Virus record (IMG/VR): IMGVR_UViG_2901201504_000001
Coordinates: 73,120-137,119 of that record
Origin: a virus
Taxonomy: Duplodnaviria; Caudoviricetes
Direction: 5' to 3' (one strand)
Length of the DNA: 64,000 bases
Shown here: positions 1 through 9,730 of the stretch, piece by piece
Layout: the number at the start of each line of letters is the position of its first letter
Numbering within the stretch: position 1 is the first letter of the stretch
Made by a program: the position numbers and the translations under genes
The notes under the pieces: model-generated
Seen by the model: only the letters and a program-made list of their open reading frames with translations
Databases searched by the model: none
What the model was told of the DNA's origin: nothing

Positions 1-372
1 CCAGATACAGCTTTTGACTATTATATTCAAAAAGCATATATTGATTGGGATTACAGATAAAAGATTGCTTTTATAATAGAGATTACATTAAATATAGAGC
101 GAGTTATTACAACAAGACATGCTTCATCGCTCTTAGTTATTACATTACGAAACTAGGAGGGATTTTCATGAGAGCAAGTGGGGTTAGATTAAGAACAATA
201 GGTGCTATACCTTGTTCTGGCATTAAACATAGAAGTACAATTATTAATGATTTAAAGAGACAGTTTGGGAAGGTAAGGATAAATATTTGTGATGATCTAG
301 TAATGTATGAAGTAAGTGAAGAAAAAGAAAGTAATTTTTTAAATTAAAAAGTAAATTAATATAAAAAACCTA

Positions 373-401
373 TTGACTACAGATAATATTTTCTATATAA
401 T
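373..401 (+). promoter_or_regulatory. SigA promoter upstream of the small ORF and aimR
   Basis: TTGACT-17-TATAAT. Confidence 0.75.
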
Positions 402-453
402 TCTAAATATAGGAAATAAATAGAAAATAGTTGATGTGGTGAGGTGCTGAGTA

Positions 454-693
454 TTGGAGAGTTGTAAACAGCTATATCAGATAGATGGTAGTATTGCTGC
501 TATCATATCATTCCCAATTAATGAATCAAATGTGGATCTTGCATTAAAAACTTTGAATTTAACAGAAGAAGAATTAACAGAAGATTTTTACGATTTATGC
601 ACTAAAAACAAATTAATAATTAAAGATGTAAAGAAATTCAATTGTTCTTACAGAAAATCCTATATGAAAATATTAACTGATTCGATTTCATAA
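454..693 (+). CDS. hypothetical protein upstream of aimR
   Basis: ORF with GAGGTG RBS. Confidence 0.5.
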   Translation: MESCKQLYQIDGSIAAIISFPINESNVDLALKTLNLTEEELTEDFYDLCTKNKLIIKDVKKFNCSYRKSYMKILTDSIS

Positions 694-717
694 GGCAAAA
701 AAGAGAGGGGTTATCTT

Positions 718-1881
718 ATGTGCTTATTGAAAAAAATACTAAACAAAAGAGCATCTGATGACGATACTCTCATTAAAAATTTAGCCAAGGAAATAGGGTA
801 TTCAGATACTCCAATAAGAAATTTTAAAAACAAACCAGAAAAAGAGCTTGATAGTTTTGAATCGTTAGTAAAAATGGTTAGATATTTAGAACCTGATAGA
901 GAAATTGAAATTATGATTGATTACTCAAACCATTTAAGATTAAATTTCAATACTGCTCGATATATGCTAGATTATCTATCTGTAAATAGACAACTAGATG
1001 AGATGAATAGCTTAATTGAAAAGATGAAAGAATCATCAAATAAAGAAAGTGCGCTTTGGGCTAAAGCATATTCATTGTTATATTTATGGCAAACACAATC
1101 TTTCAAGTTAGATTTAGACAAGTTTTTGAATGAAGTAAATTATTTAGTTACAAAAAACATACCTTCATTAGAAATTTTACAAAGATTGTTGAAATGTTAT
1201 ATATATGATCAAAAGCAATATCATAAACAAGTACTAGAGATATCTGAAGAAGTTAAATTCCTTATTGAGAAAGTAGAAGATAATTATTTAAAAAGGGTTT
1301 ATTCAGTTAAAATCAATGAAATTACATCTAATCTTAAATTATGGGTTTACAATGATTTTGATGGAGCACGAGAAGATGCAAATAAAGTTATAGAAGCTGA
1401 TTTAGGAATTGGATTTACAGCTTATGCAAAATATACAATTGCTCAATCATATTTTTATACTTCATATGATAAATCTAGAGAGTATTTCATTGATTGTATT
1501 AGACTGTATGAAACTATGAATAGGAAAGAAGTTGCAGAAGATGTTGTCGGTTCTCTTGAGTTTTTAGAAATATTTTGGGATCAGAAAAAGCAAGATAGTA
1601 GTTTTATATTAAAAGAGAATGAGCTATATATAAAAGCTAAATTAAACATAGATATTACGGAAGACTTACATAATTTTAATGACGAAAATAAACAAGGATT
1701 TATATTATTTCTTAAAGGTATAAATGAAAATAATACTGATTTTTTATTTAAGTCTATGATTCAAAATCTTAAAGGGGGTGATGCCTTTAGTGCCAACGCA
1801 GCTAGACTGGAACTTCAGAATAGAGGTTTCAGTGAAGTAGTATTAAATGAACTAATAAAGATTCACGACAATCAAAAGTAA
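718..1881 (+). CDS. aimR: AimR arbitrium peptide receptor (RRNPP family, HTH + TPR)
   Basis: 387 aa; N-terminal HTH-like segment (LAKEIGYSDTPIRNF), helical TPR-like body; directly followed by a secreted pro-peptide gene. Confidence 0.88.
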   Translation: MCLLKKILNKRASDDDTLIKNLAKEIGYSDTPIRNFKNKPEKELDSFESLVKMVRYLEPDREIEIMIDYSNHLRLNFNTARYMLDYLSVNRQLDEMNSLIEKMKESSNKESALWAKAYSLLYLWQTQSFKLDLDKFLNEVNYLVTKNIPSLEILQRLLKCYIYDQKQYHKQVLEISEEVKFLIEKVEDNYLKRVYSVKINEITSNLKLWVYNDFDGAREDANKVIEADLGIGFTAYAKYTIAQSYFYTSYDKSREYFIDCIRLYETMNRKEVAEDVVGSLEFLEIFWDQKKQDSSFILKENELYIKAKLNIDITEDLHNFNDENKQGFILFLKGINENNTDFLFKSMIQNLKGGDAFSANAARLELQNRGFSEVVLNELIKIHDNQK

Positions 1882-1910
1882 GGATAGGTGCTTTAAAGGA
1901 GGTGATGAAA

Positions 1911-2018
1911 ATGAAGAAATTAGCACTTATCGCATTAGCAGTTGTAGTAATTTTAGCAGTAGGTACATTATTTGGCGGAGATTTTTCTGTCGCAGCTCGT
2001 CCACCGATGGGCGGGTGA
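1911..2018 (+). CDS. aimP: AimP arbitrium pro-peptide, 35 aa MKKLALIALAVVVILAVGTLFGGDFSVAARPPMGG
   Basis: Read directly, absent from ORF track; AAAGGAGGTG RBS, KK + hydrophobic signal peptide, SVA(A) processing site, short C-terminal peptide. Confidence 0.9.
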   Translation: MKKLALIALAVVVILAVGTLFGGDFSVAARPPMGG

Positions 2019-2045
2019 TTCAAAATTTAATACTTAATTAAATTA

Positions 2046-2079
2046 AAAGACGTTATTCCATTCAGGAGTAACGTCTTTC
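2046..2079 (+). terminator. hairpin between aimP and the aimX-position ORF
   Basis: AAAGACGTTATTCC-attca-GGAGTAACGTCTTT inverted repeat. Confidence 0.75.
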
Positions 2080-2139
2080 ATAATTTTACGAAGAAATACC
2101 GATTTTTTAAAAATGAAAAATTGGAACTTTAAAGGAGAA

Positions 2140-2307
2140 ATGATCATGTTAACTAATCTAAATCAAATCACACAAACAAATAGTAACTTTTATGAAGCGA
2201 TGAAGAATGGATATCTTAGTACTGGGGAACTTAATCTTGAGCTTGCAAATGAATTATTGACTCCGGAGAATGAAGCCTTTGAAACTACTGAAATATTTCT
2301 AAAATAA
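2140..2307 (+). CDS. AimX-position protein, MazE(NdoAI) C-terminus-like MazF inhibitor candidate
   Basis: AAAGGAG RBS; MKNGYLSTGELNLELANE..ENEA resembles Bacillus MazE MRRGYMEMAKINLNISSE..ECEA; directly after aimP. Confidence 0.7.
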   Translation: MIMLTNLNQITQTNSNFYEAMKNGYLSTGELNLELANELLTPENEAFETTEIFLK

Positions 2308-2317
2308 GTATACTCTT

Positions 2318-2350
2318 AAAAAGCAATTCATTATCTGAGTTGCTTTTTTT
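2318..2350 (+). terminator. intrinsic terminator
   Basis: AAAAAGCAATTCA...TGAGTTGCTTTTTTT. Confidence 0.75.
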
Positions 2351-2372
2351 GGTAATTTTTTGTTATTAAGTA

Positions 2373-2401
2373 TTGATTTTATTAATACGCCATATTATAA
2401 T
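2373..2401 (+). promoter_or_regulatory. SigA promoter heading the first accessory array
   Basis: TTGATT-17-TATAAT. Confidence 0.7.
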
Positions 2402-2464
2402 GAAATTAATAAAAATTAATTAATGTAAAATATTAAAATTAAACAAAAAGAGGTTGGTGGTGAT

Positions 2465-2677
2465 ATGTCTTTTGAAAAAGATTTTATAAGTGGTTATAAA
2501 GAATTAATGATTGAACGTGATCGAGTAATTGAAGAGGTTGAATTTATGGTCTTAGATTACATAAGGAATGTAGTAGCAGAGTATAGTCGAGAGTATTGTT
2601 ATTGTATGGATGAGGAATTACTAATGAATGCTGCATCAAATGTCATTATGTCAGAGATTGAAAGAATAAGAGGATAA
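2465..2677 (+). CDS. hypothetical protein
   Basis: ORF with RBS. Confidence 0.6.
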   Translation: MSFEKDFISGYKELMIERDRVIEEVEFMVLDYIRNVVAEYSREYCYCMDEELLMNAASNVIMSEIERIRG

Positions 2678-2703
2678 TTATAAGGGAGTGATTAAGATGT
2701 GTA

Positions 2704-3093
2704 TTGCATCAAAAAGTGGGAGAGTTAGAAAGTGTGATAACAAATATTGATAATGAACGGAAAAGGCTGAATTTACTTCTGTCACAACTAGATAAAGAGT
2801 TGAATAAGCAATATCACAAAATTGAACAGGCGAATTTTAATGCAGCGGAAGGCTACTTTTTATCTAGAGAATTACAAATTATTTTACGTAAAAGAAGGGT
2901 TGTGAAAGAAGAACTGTATACTTTAGTAAGATTAAATCAACACTTAGATGTTACCAGCGTTGTGAAGACACTTCCCAAGGTAAAAAATTGTTTGAAACAA
3001 ATACATAGCGTAAAAAACACAAAAAAGAAGGATGAATGGAAAAAAGGTTGGAAAGATCACTTTAGAGCTGAAGAAATGCAGCTTCAACATTAA
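2704..3093 (+). CDS. coiled-coil phage protein
   Basis: ORF with heptad pattern and YHKIE..FNAAEGY motif. Confidence 0.65.
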   Translation: MHQKVGELESVITNIDNERKRLNLLLSQLDKELNKQYHKIEQANFNAAEGYFLSRELQIILRKRRVVKEELYTLVRLNQHLDVTSVVKTLPKVKNCLKQIHSVKNTKKKDEWKKGWKDHFRAEEMQLQH

Positions 3094-3189
3094 TGTCAAA
3101 GTTTTATTGGAAGTTAAAAATCTGAATTTTATATGTAATATAATAATATTAAAAACTAATACACTAATATAAAACGATGGAGGGATGAA

Positions 3190-4260
3190 ATGTTTACTAA
3201 AGATGCTTACATGATTGAAGTAAATAATAAATATATTTCCAGGAGAAGACATTCAGAGTATGATAACTTAGTTATTCTGAATTATACCGAAAATGCCACT
3301 TATGAATGAAGGTGGAATGATATTACTCTATCAGCTAGAGGATTGATTATTGATGAAAAGACTGGAGAAGTAGTTGCAAGGCCGTTTCCTAAATTTTTTA
3401 ATTACGGTGAGTTGCCGGAATACGAATCAGACATTCCATTCCATGAAACACCTGAATTCACAGTAAAGCAAGATGGTTCTTTAGGAATTAGTTATAAAGT
3501 AAATGGATATACATATTGGTCTACGAGAGGCTCATTTGAGTCAGAACAAGCTAAAGCAGCTCAAGTTATATGGGATAGAAAATATGCAAATGTGGATATT
3601 CCAGATGAATTAACACTTTTAGTAGAGATAATTGATCCTGCAACAAGGGTGGTAGTTGATTATAAAGGTTTATCAGATTTAATTATCATAGGTGCAGTAA
3701 ATAGGTTTAATGGTTATGACTATAGCTATAAAGAATTGAAGGAATTAGGAAATAAATTAGGTATGATTGTTACGGAACAAATCCCTCTTACTATACAAGA
3801 AGCTGTTCGATTGAAGGAAACAATAGATTATAACAGTGAAGGTTGGGTGCTACGCTGGTCTAATGGGAAACGTTTAAAAATTAAGGGCAATAACTATCTA
3901 GATATACATAAGTTAGCATATGGATTATCTCAGAAGATGAAGACTGAATTTTGGAAAGATGAAAATATTGAAGAGTTAATACTCAAAATGCCAGAAGAAT
4001 TCAGAGAGGAAATTGAAAAATTCAATGATAGTTTAAATATCCATCTAAGCATTTTAATAAATACAGTTACTTCTTACGTAAACACTTGTAAAGAGATGAG
4101 TAAAGATCGCAAAGAATTTGCTATGAATGTTAATATACACACTCCCAAAGAAATTAGGTATCTGATATTTAAAGAATATGATAAAAAGCTAGATTCAAAA
4201 GTATATAGAGAGCATATCTACAAGAACTATCTAAATTACATTAATGGAGGAATAGGATGA
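3190..4260 (+). pseudogene. T4 Rnl1-like RNA ligase interrupted by in-frame TGA at 3307-3309
   Basis: ATG 3190 reads MFTK...LNYTENATYE*RWNDITLSARGLIID...ARPFPKFFN; motif I KQDGS; same frame as ORF 3343..4260. Confidence 0.8.
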
Positions 4261-5237
4261 ATAAATTAATAATGTTAGTTGGTTTACCAGCAAGTGGTAA
4301 AAGCACATTAGCGGAAAAATTATCGAAAGAATATGATGCAGAAATCGTCTCTTCAGATGAAATTAGAAAAGAGTTATTTAATGATATTAATGATCAAACT
4401 AATAATGATACAGTTTTCAATGTAATGCATGAAAGAGTTATTAAACTCCTCAATGCCGACAGAAGTGCTATTTATGATGCAACAAACTTAAATAGAAAGC
4501 GGAGAAAACACTTAATCAATCATGTATTTAAAGCGGATCAAAAGATTGTTTACTACATTAATGAAAGTATTGGAACTGTGTTATGTAGAGACAGTGAACG
4601 TGAAAGAAATGTAGGAGAGAAAATAATAAGTAAAATGTATAAAAATCTTCATATTCCAGTTGAAGGAGAAGGATGGGATAAGGTAATTTACGTTAATTAC
4701 TACAATGATGGGTTGTTGAGATTAAAAAAGCACTATGAAGAAGTTATCACTACTGTACATTCTCATGATGAACTGTTTGGATATCTAACTGCATATATTA
4801 GTGAGTTCAGTGAAATTCTAAATTTACCACAGGATTCTAGCTATCATTCCTTTTCAGTAAGTAGGCATACATATTATGTACATAACTATATTCTAGAGAA
4901 CTATCATAATGAAGATAGATTAATTTTATTATGGGCAAGTTTATTTCATGATATTGGAAAATCATATTGTAAATCATTTACTAACTTTAAGGGAGAAGAA
5001 ACAAAATATGCGAATTTCATAGGACATGAATATGTTTCTTCTCAGATAGCAGCAAAACGATTAGGGATGTTAGGATACGATGAAAACTTTATTAAAAAAA
5101 TTGTAACCTTAGTACAATTCCACATGATGCCGATGAGAGCTAGTGAAAAGAAAATGAATGAAATCAATAGGCTAATTGGAGATGATTTATATGCTAAGTT
5201 AATGATACTTAGTGAAGCAGATACGCAGGCTAAATAA
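4257..5237 (+). CDS. polynucleotide kinase-like P-loop domain fused to HD phosphohydrolase
   Basis: GLPASGKS Walker A, SSDEIR, DATN; HDIG HD motif; overlaps ligase stop. Confidence 0.85.
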   Translation: MNKLIMLVGLPASGKSTLAEKLSKEYDAEIVSSDEIRKELFNDINDQTNNDTVFNVMHERVIKLLNADRSAIYDATNLNRKRRKHLINHVFKADQKIVYYINESIGTVLCRDSERERNVGEKIISKMYKNLHIPVEGEGWDKVIYVNYYNDGLLRLKKHYEEVITTVHSHDELFGYLTAYISEFSEILNLPQDSSYHSFSVSRHTYYVHNYILENYHNEDRLILLWASLFHDIGKSYCKSFTNFKGEETKYANFIGHEYVSSQIAAKRLGMLGYDENFIKKIVTLVQFHMMPMRASEKKMNEINRLIGDDLYAKLMILSEADTQAK

Positions 5238-5266
5238 AAAGTCGATGTTATTAGGAGGTAGGGAAT

Positions 5267-5401
5267 ATGTTTTTATGTGAGAAATGTTTGGATGATAATT
5301 TTAAGAATTTCGCAATACCTTTTAGTCGTGGAAAATGTGAATTCTGTGAAAAAGTTAAAGTATGTGTAGATATTCCAAGTAAGTTTCTAGTGAAGAGATA
5401 G
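5267..5401 (+). CDS. 44-aa Zn-finger microprotein
   Basis: Read directly: MFLCEKC...CEFC; AGGAGG RBS. Confidence 0.6.
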   Translation: MFLCEKCLDDNFKNFAIPFSRGKCEFCEKVKVCVDIPSKFLVKR

Positions 5402-5451
5402 ACACGATTTTATTCTAATTAAGAACGATTATGCGAAGGAATGGTGTGACT

Positions 5452-5640
5452 ATGAGTAGTGAAAGAACGGTGAAAGAATTAAAAGAGGACATCAAACGAG
5501 AAATAGAAGCAACTCGGACTTTAAGAGAAACTGGAAGCGGATTTTACTATGAATATAAAGATTGGCAGTCAAAAAAGGATTGTGAGAGATTAGAGAAATT
5601 ATTAAATGAAATTATCTATTTCGAATGGGAGTATTGTTGA
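5452..5640 (+). CDS. hypothetical protein
   Basis: ORF track; start uncertain. Confidence 0.5.
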   Translation: MSSERTVKELKEDIKREIEATRTLRETGSGFYYEYKDWQSKKDCERLEKLLNEIIYFEWEYC

Positions 5641-5706
5641 GTGATTCTGTCATATAGCGTAGAAACTAAATAAAAGAACAATTTCATTTTAAGGGTGGGG
5701 TGAAAA

Positions 5707-6087
5707 ATGTCAGTTAACGTATTTTGTGATGCATCTGTTAATAATAAAAAGCAAATGGCCGTATTGGGAGCAATAATAAGACATAAAAATGAAATAATAC
5801 ATAAAAACCAATGCGTTGTAGAGAATGTTTCTGGTGGATCGTATCATGGGGAATTATTAGCTATAGAAATGACTGTGAATCTTTTGAAAGAATTGAATAT
5901 GAGCCAAGTTAAAGTATTTACAGATTGTCAAAGTGCAGTTTATAGATTGCGAAACCAGCTAAAGAAAGGTGCAAAACACAGAAAACGCATTGAAAAGATA
6001 AAAGAAAAAGCTAAAGAATTAGAACTTGAATTCCATTGGATTCCAAGAGAGAGAAATAAAACTGTTGATAAATTAACAAGAATATAA
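5707..6087 (+). CDS. RNase H-like protein
   Basis: FCDAS, GELLAI, FTDCQ, WIPRERNKTVD motifs. Confidence 0.85.
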   Translation: MSVNVFCDASVNNKKQMAVLGAIIRHKNEIIHKNQCVVENVSGGSYHGELLAIEMTVNLLKELNMSQVKVFTDCQSAVYRLRNQLKKGAKHRKRIEKIKEKAKELELEFHWIPRERNKTVDKLTRI

Positions 6088-6118
6088 ATTAATAAATTTT
6101 ATAAAGGGAGATAATTGA

Positions 6119-6823
6119 ATGAGAAAAGAAGCGTTTAAAGCACTTGTAGGATCACATAATTATAATCTTAACGATGCCGACTCTGACAAAGATTATAAGC
6201 TGTTTTATTATCCAACATTTGACGATTTGTATTTCGGTGATAAAGTTTCAAAATCCAAAGTTAGCAAGACAGAAGACATTGAGTTCCATGATATTAGGAA
6301 ATTACCTGATATGCTATGGAAAAGTAATGTAAATTTCATGGAAGTATTGTTTTCTACAGAAGTAGTAGCTAATGATAATTTGTATAAAGAACTTCATCAA
6401 AAGAGAGAATCTATTGCTCGAATGAACCTTCCATATTTGTATGATGCTTGTATGGGGATGTATTTTAATAAACGTAAATCATATGATAAACAAAATGAAA
6501 AAGGTGACGAAAAAGCAGCAAATAAACACATCATGGGAGCTTTTAGGATTCTGGATTTCCTTTTCAGATATCAGCAAGGAGATTTTTTGAACTTTGAAGA
6601 GTCAATAAATTATCATAATGAAGATCCTTATAGAGACTTCCTGTTTACGGCTAAAGAAGGTAAAGTTTTTAATGTGATTGATAGATTAAACAATAAGCTA
6701 AGGATTATAGAAGAAATTAAACATAGATATAAAGATCAAGAACTTGATCACGGTGTAAATAAGTTTGTAATTGATACAGTTAAACATTATGTAAAAGAAA
6801 ATATATATGAAGAATTAAATTAA
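6119..6823 (+). CDS. Pol-beta-superfamily nucleotidyltransferase
   Basis: GSHNYNL..DSDKD signature. Confidence 0.75.
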   Translation: MRKEAFKALVGSHNYNLNDADSDKDYKLFYYPTFDDLYFGDKVSKSKVSKTEDIEFHDIRKLPDMLWKSNVNFMEVLFSTEVVANDNLYKELHQKRESIARMNLPYLYDACMGMYFNKRKSYDKQNEKGDEKAANKHIMGAFRILDFLFRYQQGDFLNFEESINYHNEDPYRDFLFTAKEGKVFNVIDRLNNKLRIIEEIKHRYKDQELDHGVNKFVIDTVKHYVKENIYEELN

Positions 6824-6880
6824 TATAAAATACCATTTTCATCGTTCGAAAATAAATTAATACAAAAAGGGAGAGAATGG

Positions 6881-7288
6881 ATGAAAGAAATTTTGGAATA
6901 TATTTTACCTCCAGGTGATCAAATCATTAAATATGATCAAGTAAACGAAAAAATCTTGCTAGAACATAGAATGACAACATCTCTATATGACTATATCGAA
7001 GTAGTTACAAATTATTATGACGATGATGAAATGCCATATATCAACAATTGGACTGACGTTGAATGTATGGGATATGGTTGGGCTTGGTTGAATTATGAAG
7101 AAAAAGATTGGCATAAAATGATGGGTAAACTTGTTTCTGACACAGCAGATTTATTGTTGCTAAATATGGATAATGCCCTATATTTTGTTTATGAAAACGA
7201 GAAGGTAAGAACTTATCATTTTGTATCTCTAGATGACTGGAGAGAAGATAAATTAATTAGTTTTTCAAATGAGGAAATTGATTTTTAA
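6881..7288 (+). CDS. acidic hypothetical protein
   Basis: ORF with RBS. Confidence 0.6.
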   Translation: MKEILEYILPPGDQIIKYDQVNEKILLEHRMTTSLYDYIEVVTNYYDDDEMPYINNWTDVECMGYGWAWLNYEEKDWHKMMGKLVSDTADLLLLNMDNALYFVYENEKVRTYHFVSLDDWREDKLISFSNEEIDF

Positions 7289-7338
7289 TTAGTATATAAA
7301 GAGTCGATATTCCACAACATAATTTTAAAAAGGAATTT

Positions 7339-8193
7339 GTGACAATGTTAATATCACCAATGTTATTACATACAGCTATAGAACCATTTAATGATGAGAA
7401 CTGGATATTTGAAATTAAATATAACGGTGTTCGTTTGTTATTAGATACAGATGGACATAACCAAACACTATATACTCGACATGGAACTATACTAAATGGT
7501 CGTTTAGCTGAATTAAATAATCTAGAACTACCTAATTGTTTATTAGATGGTGAATTAGTTTGTTTTAACAATAAGGGATTAGAGGACTTTGAAGGAGTGA
7601 TGTCTCGTGTAAATTCTAAAAGTATAAGATCAATCAATAAGGGAGTAGTAAATTTACCAATTACATATGTTGTATTTGATGTATTGAGATTTAAAGGCAA
7701 AAAGATAATGAAGTACGAGCTTATAGATAGAAAAGAAATACTTAATGAACTCTTTGAAGACAGTGAAGTGCTTAGGAAATCTATATCAATCCAATGTGAT
7801 GGAAAACATCTGTTTAGTGAAGTTGAAAAAATCGGACTAGAAGGAATTGTAGCAAAGAAAATCCATTCTAAATATCAACCTGATACACGCTCAAATAATT
7901 GGTTAAAAATAATCAATTGGAGATACTATGAATGTTTTATTGCAGGCTATAAAAAGAATGGAACTGGTTTTCTAATAACATTTGCTGATAGTAATAAGAG
8001 TGCTGGATTATTGGAATTTGGAATGAATCCAATGCAGAAACAGGCTTTCTATGGGGTAGTTGCAGGAATCAAAACAGGTGAAAATAATCAATATGTTTTC
8101 ATTGAACCTGTGATTAAATGCAAAATTAAAGGGAGAGGAGTACTTAAAAGTGGATGCGTTATGACACCAGTGTTTGTTGATTTTATTTTGTAG
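7339..8193 (+). CDS. ATP-dependent DNA ligase (SPbeta LigB-like)
   Basis: EIKYNG motif I, LDGEL, VFDVL, EGIVAK, WLKI. Confidence 0.85.
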   Translation: MTMLISPMLLHTAIEPFNDENWIFEIKYNGVRLLLDTDGHNQTLYTRHGTILNGRLAELNNLELPNCLLDGELVCFNNKGLEDFEGVMSRVNSKSIRSINKGVVNLPITYVVFDVLRFKGKKIMKYELIDRKEILNELFEDSEVLRKSISIQCDGKHLFSEVEKIGLEGIVAKKIHSKYQPDTRSNNWLKIINWRYYECFIAGYKKNGTGFLITFADSNKSAGLLEFGMNPMQKQAFYGVVAGIKTGENNQYVFIEPVIKCKIKGRGVLKSGCVMTPVFVDFIL

Positions 8194-8258
8194 ATGTAGT
8201 CAGTTTAGTAGATATAGTTTGAAGATAAATTAATCTAAAAAAATAAAGGAGCGAGTGA

Positions 8259-8561
8259 ATGTCGTATTTTGAATTTAATGAACCTTATTACGCGTTAGTA
8301 AAAACACATCAGACAACAGTTGACAGAAGAATTATAAATCAATATGTCTCCCTATACGAAGAACATGTTGCAAAACTAGATGGGATTTATGATGTAATAA
8401 AATTTAGAAATGCACAAGGTAGAAATGTTTGGGAAGATGAAGCGTTCTTTATATTTTCAAGAGCGAAAGAAAATGAAGCTAAGTCATTTGACGAATTAAA
8501 AGAGATTTTTAAAGAAATACCTTTTAACTCAATTGTCGTATTAGATAATGCATTATCTTAA
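8259..8561 (+). CDS. hypothetical phage protein
   Basis: ORF with AAAGGAG RBS. Confidence 0.65.
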   Translation: MSYFEFNEPYYALVKTHQTTVDRRIINQYVSLYEEHVAKLDGIYDVIKFRNAQGRNVWEDEAFFIFSRAKENEAKSFDELKEIFKEIPFNSIVVLDNALS

Positions 8562-8600
8562 TTACATAATAAATGATTTATTTTATAAGGAGATGATGTA

Positions 8601-8864
8601 TTGGTGAGAGAACAAGTACAATGGTTTGCTAAACAAATGGAAGCTAAATTAATTAATAATGATTTTAAAGGTGGTTGGGATGATTGTGATTTATTTGTAT
8701 TAATAGAGAAATTGGAAGATGAAGTTGCTGAATTGAAGTCATCATTTTTTGATTATCTTAATATTAATGCAGAAAGTCCAGATATAATATCTGAAGCGGC
8801 TGATGTTGCAAACTTTTCAATGATGATTGCTGATATAGCAAGAAAAAGATTAAAAGTTAAGTAA
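8601..8864 (+). CDS. MazG-like all-alpha NTP pyrophosphohydrolase-like protein
   Basis: EDEVAEL...EAADVANF pattern. Confidence 0.5.
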   Translation: MVREQVQWFAKQMEAKLINNDFKGGWDDCDLFVLIEKLEDEVAELKSSFFDYLNINAESPDIISEAADVANFSMMIADIARKRLKVK

Positions 8865-9312
8865 TTAAGATTTATAGGGAGATGATAAAATATGGAACGA
8901 GAAATTCAATGGTTAGTAAGAAAAGAAAACGAGTGCAACTCGAAGATTTGGTGAAGAATAAAATAGTCATATTATTATTTAATTAACACTATATACAGTG
9001 ATTTGTGGTTATATATTTTGAGGGGAGTTGCATAAGTGAAAAGAAATGATTTTGAATCACTTAAAATAAAAGCTAAAAAAACGAAACTATAAGAAACTTT
9101 TTAGATAATGAAGAAAAACGTGATAATCCATTCTTCAAAGGATATAAAAGTAAACAGTTCTTCAATTTTGAGAAAGGGACTGATATTAAATAAAAATTAA
9201 AGTAGATTTAAAGGTGCTGACATTAGTCGAGGAATACAGTCATGTAACTATTGGATTGTTTTTAGGTGAACGACTAATTAATATTGTAGCTGTAAAGGAG
9301 TGAATCGTTGAG

Positions 9313-9495
9313 ATGTTCAATGTAAAATGCTGTATTTGCAAAGAAGAAACCAATAGTCCATATACGTCAATTAAACATTTAGGTAATGGGAAAGCAAAGG
9401 TTTATAGTGGGCATAAGAGATGTTTGTCATTATTAGAAACAAAGCTGAAGTTAGGTGACAAAGTAGATTATGACTTGATTAATGTTAAGGGGTGA
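9313..9495 (+). CDS. small Zn-binding protein
   Basis: CCIC...HKRC. Confidence 0.5.
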   Translation: MFNVKCCICKEETNSPYTSIKHLGNGKAKVYSGHKRCLSLLETKLKLGDKVDYDLINVKG

Positions 9496-9730
9496 TTATG
9501 TGAAAGCAATCTATAAAGGTTTCGAAATAAATGTGGAACGTAGTGGAATACTATACTTTACTGTAATGGAGCTGGATACTCATTGGCCATTAGTTGATAG
9601 TTTTGAAGATTCAAGTGAAACAATTAGAGAAAAGATAAAACAATTGAAAGAAGTTGTTGATGATTACTTAGAGAACCCAAGTGATTATATAGATGAGGAG
9701 GACATGGATGAAGAAAGCATTTGTAGTTAG
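9482..9730 (+). CDS. acidic hypothetical protein
   Basis: ORF track. Confidence 0.5.
   Translation: MLRGDYVKAIYKGFEINVERSGILYFTVMELDTHWPLVDSFEDSSETIREKIKQLKEVVDDYLENPSDYIDEEDMDEESICS

Noticed and set aside
1829-2023. 64-aa minus-strand ORF
   Set aside because: Shadow of aimP and the aimR end on the plus strand
2076-2118. TTTCAT-N31-ATGAAA as AimR operator
   Set aside because: Spacing differs from the roughly 25-bp spacer I recall for known AimR boxes, and short AT-rich repeats arise by chance
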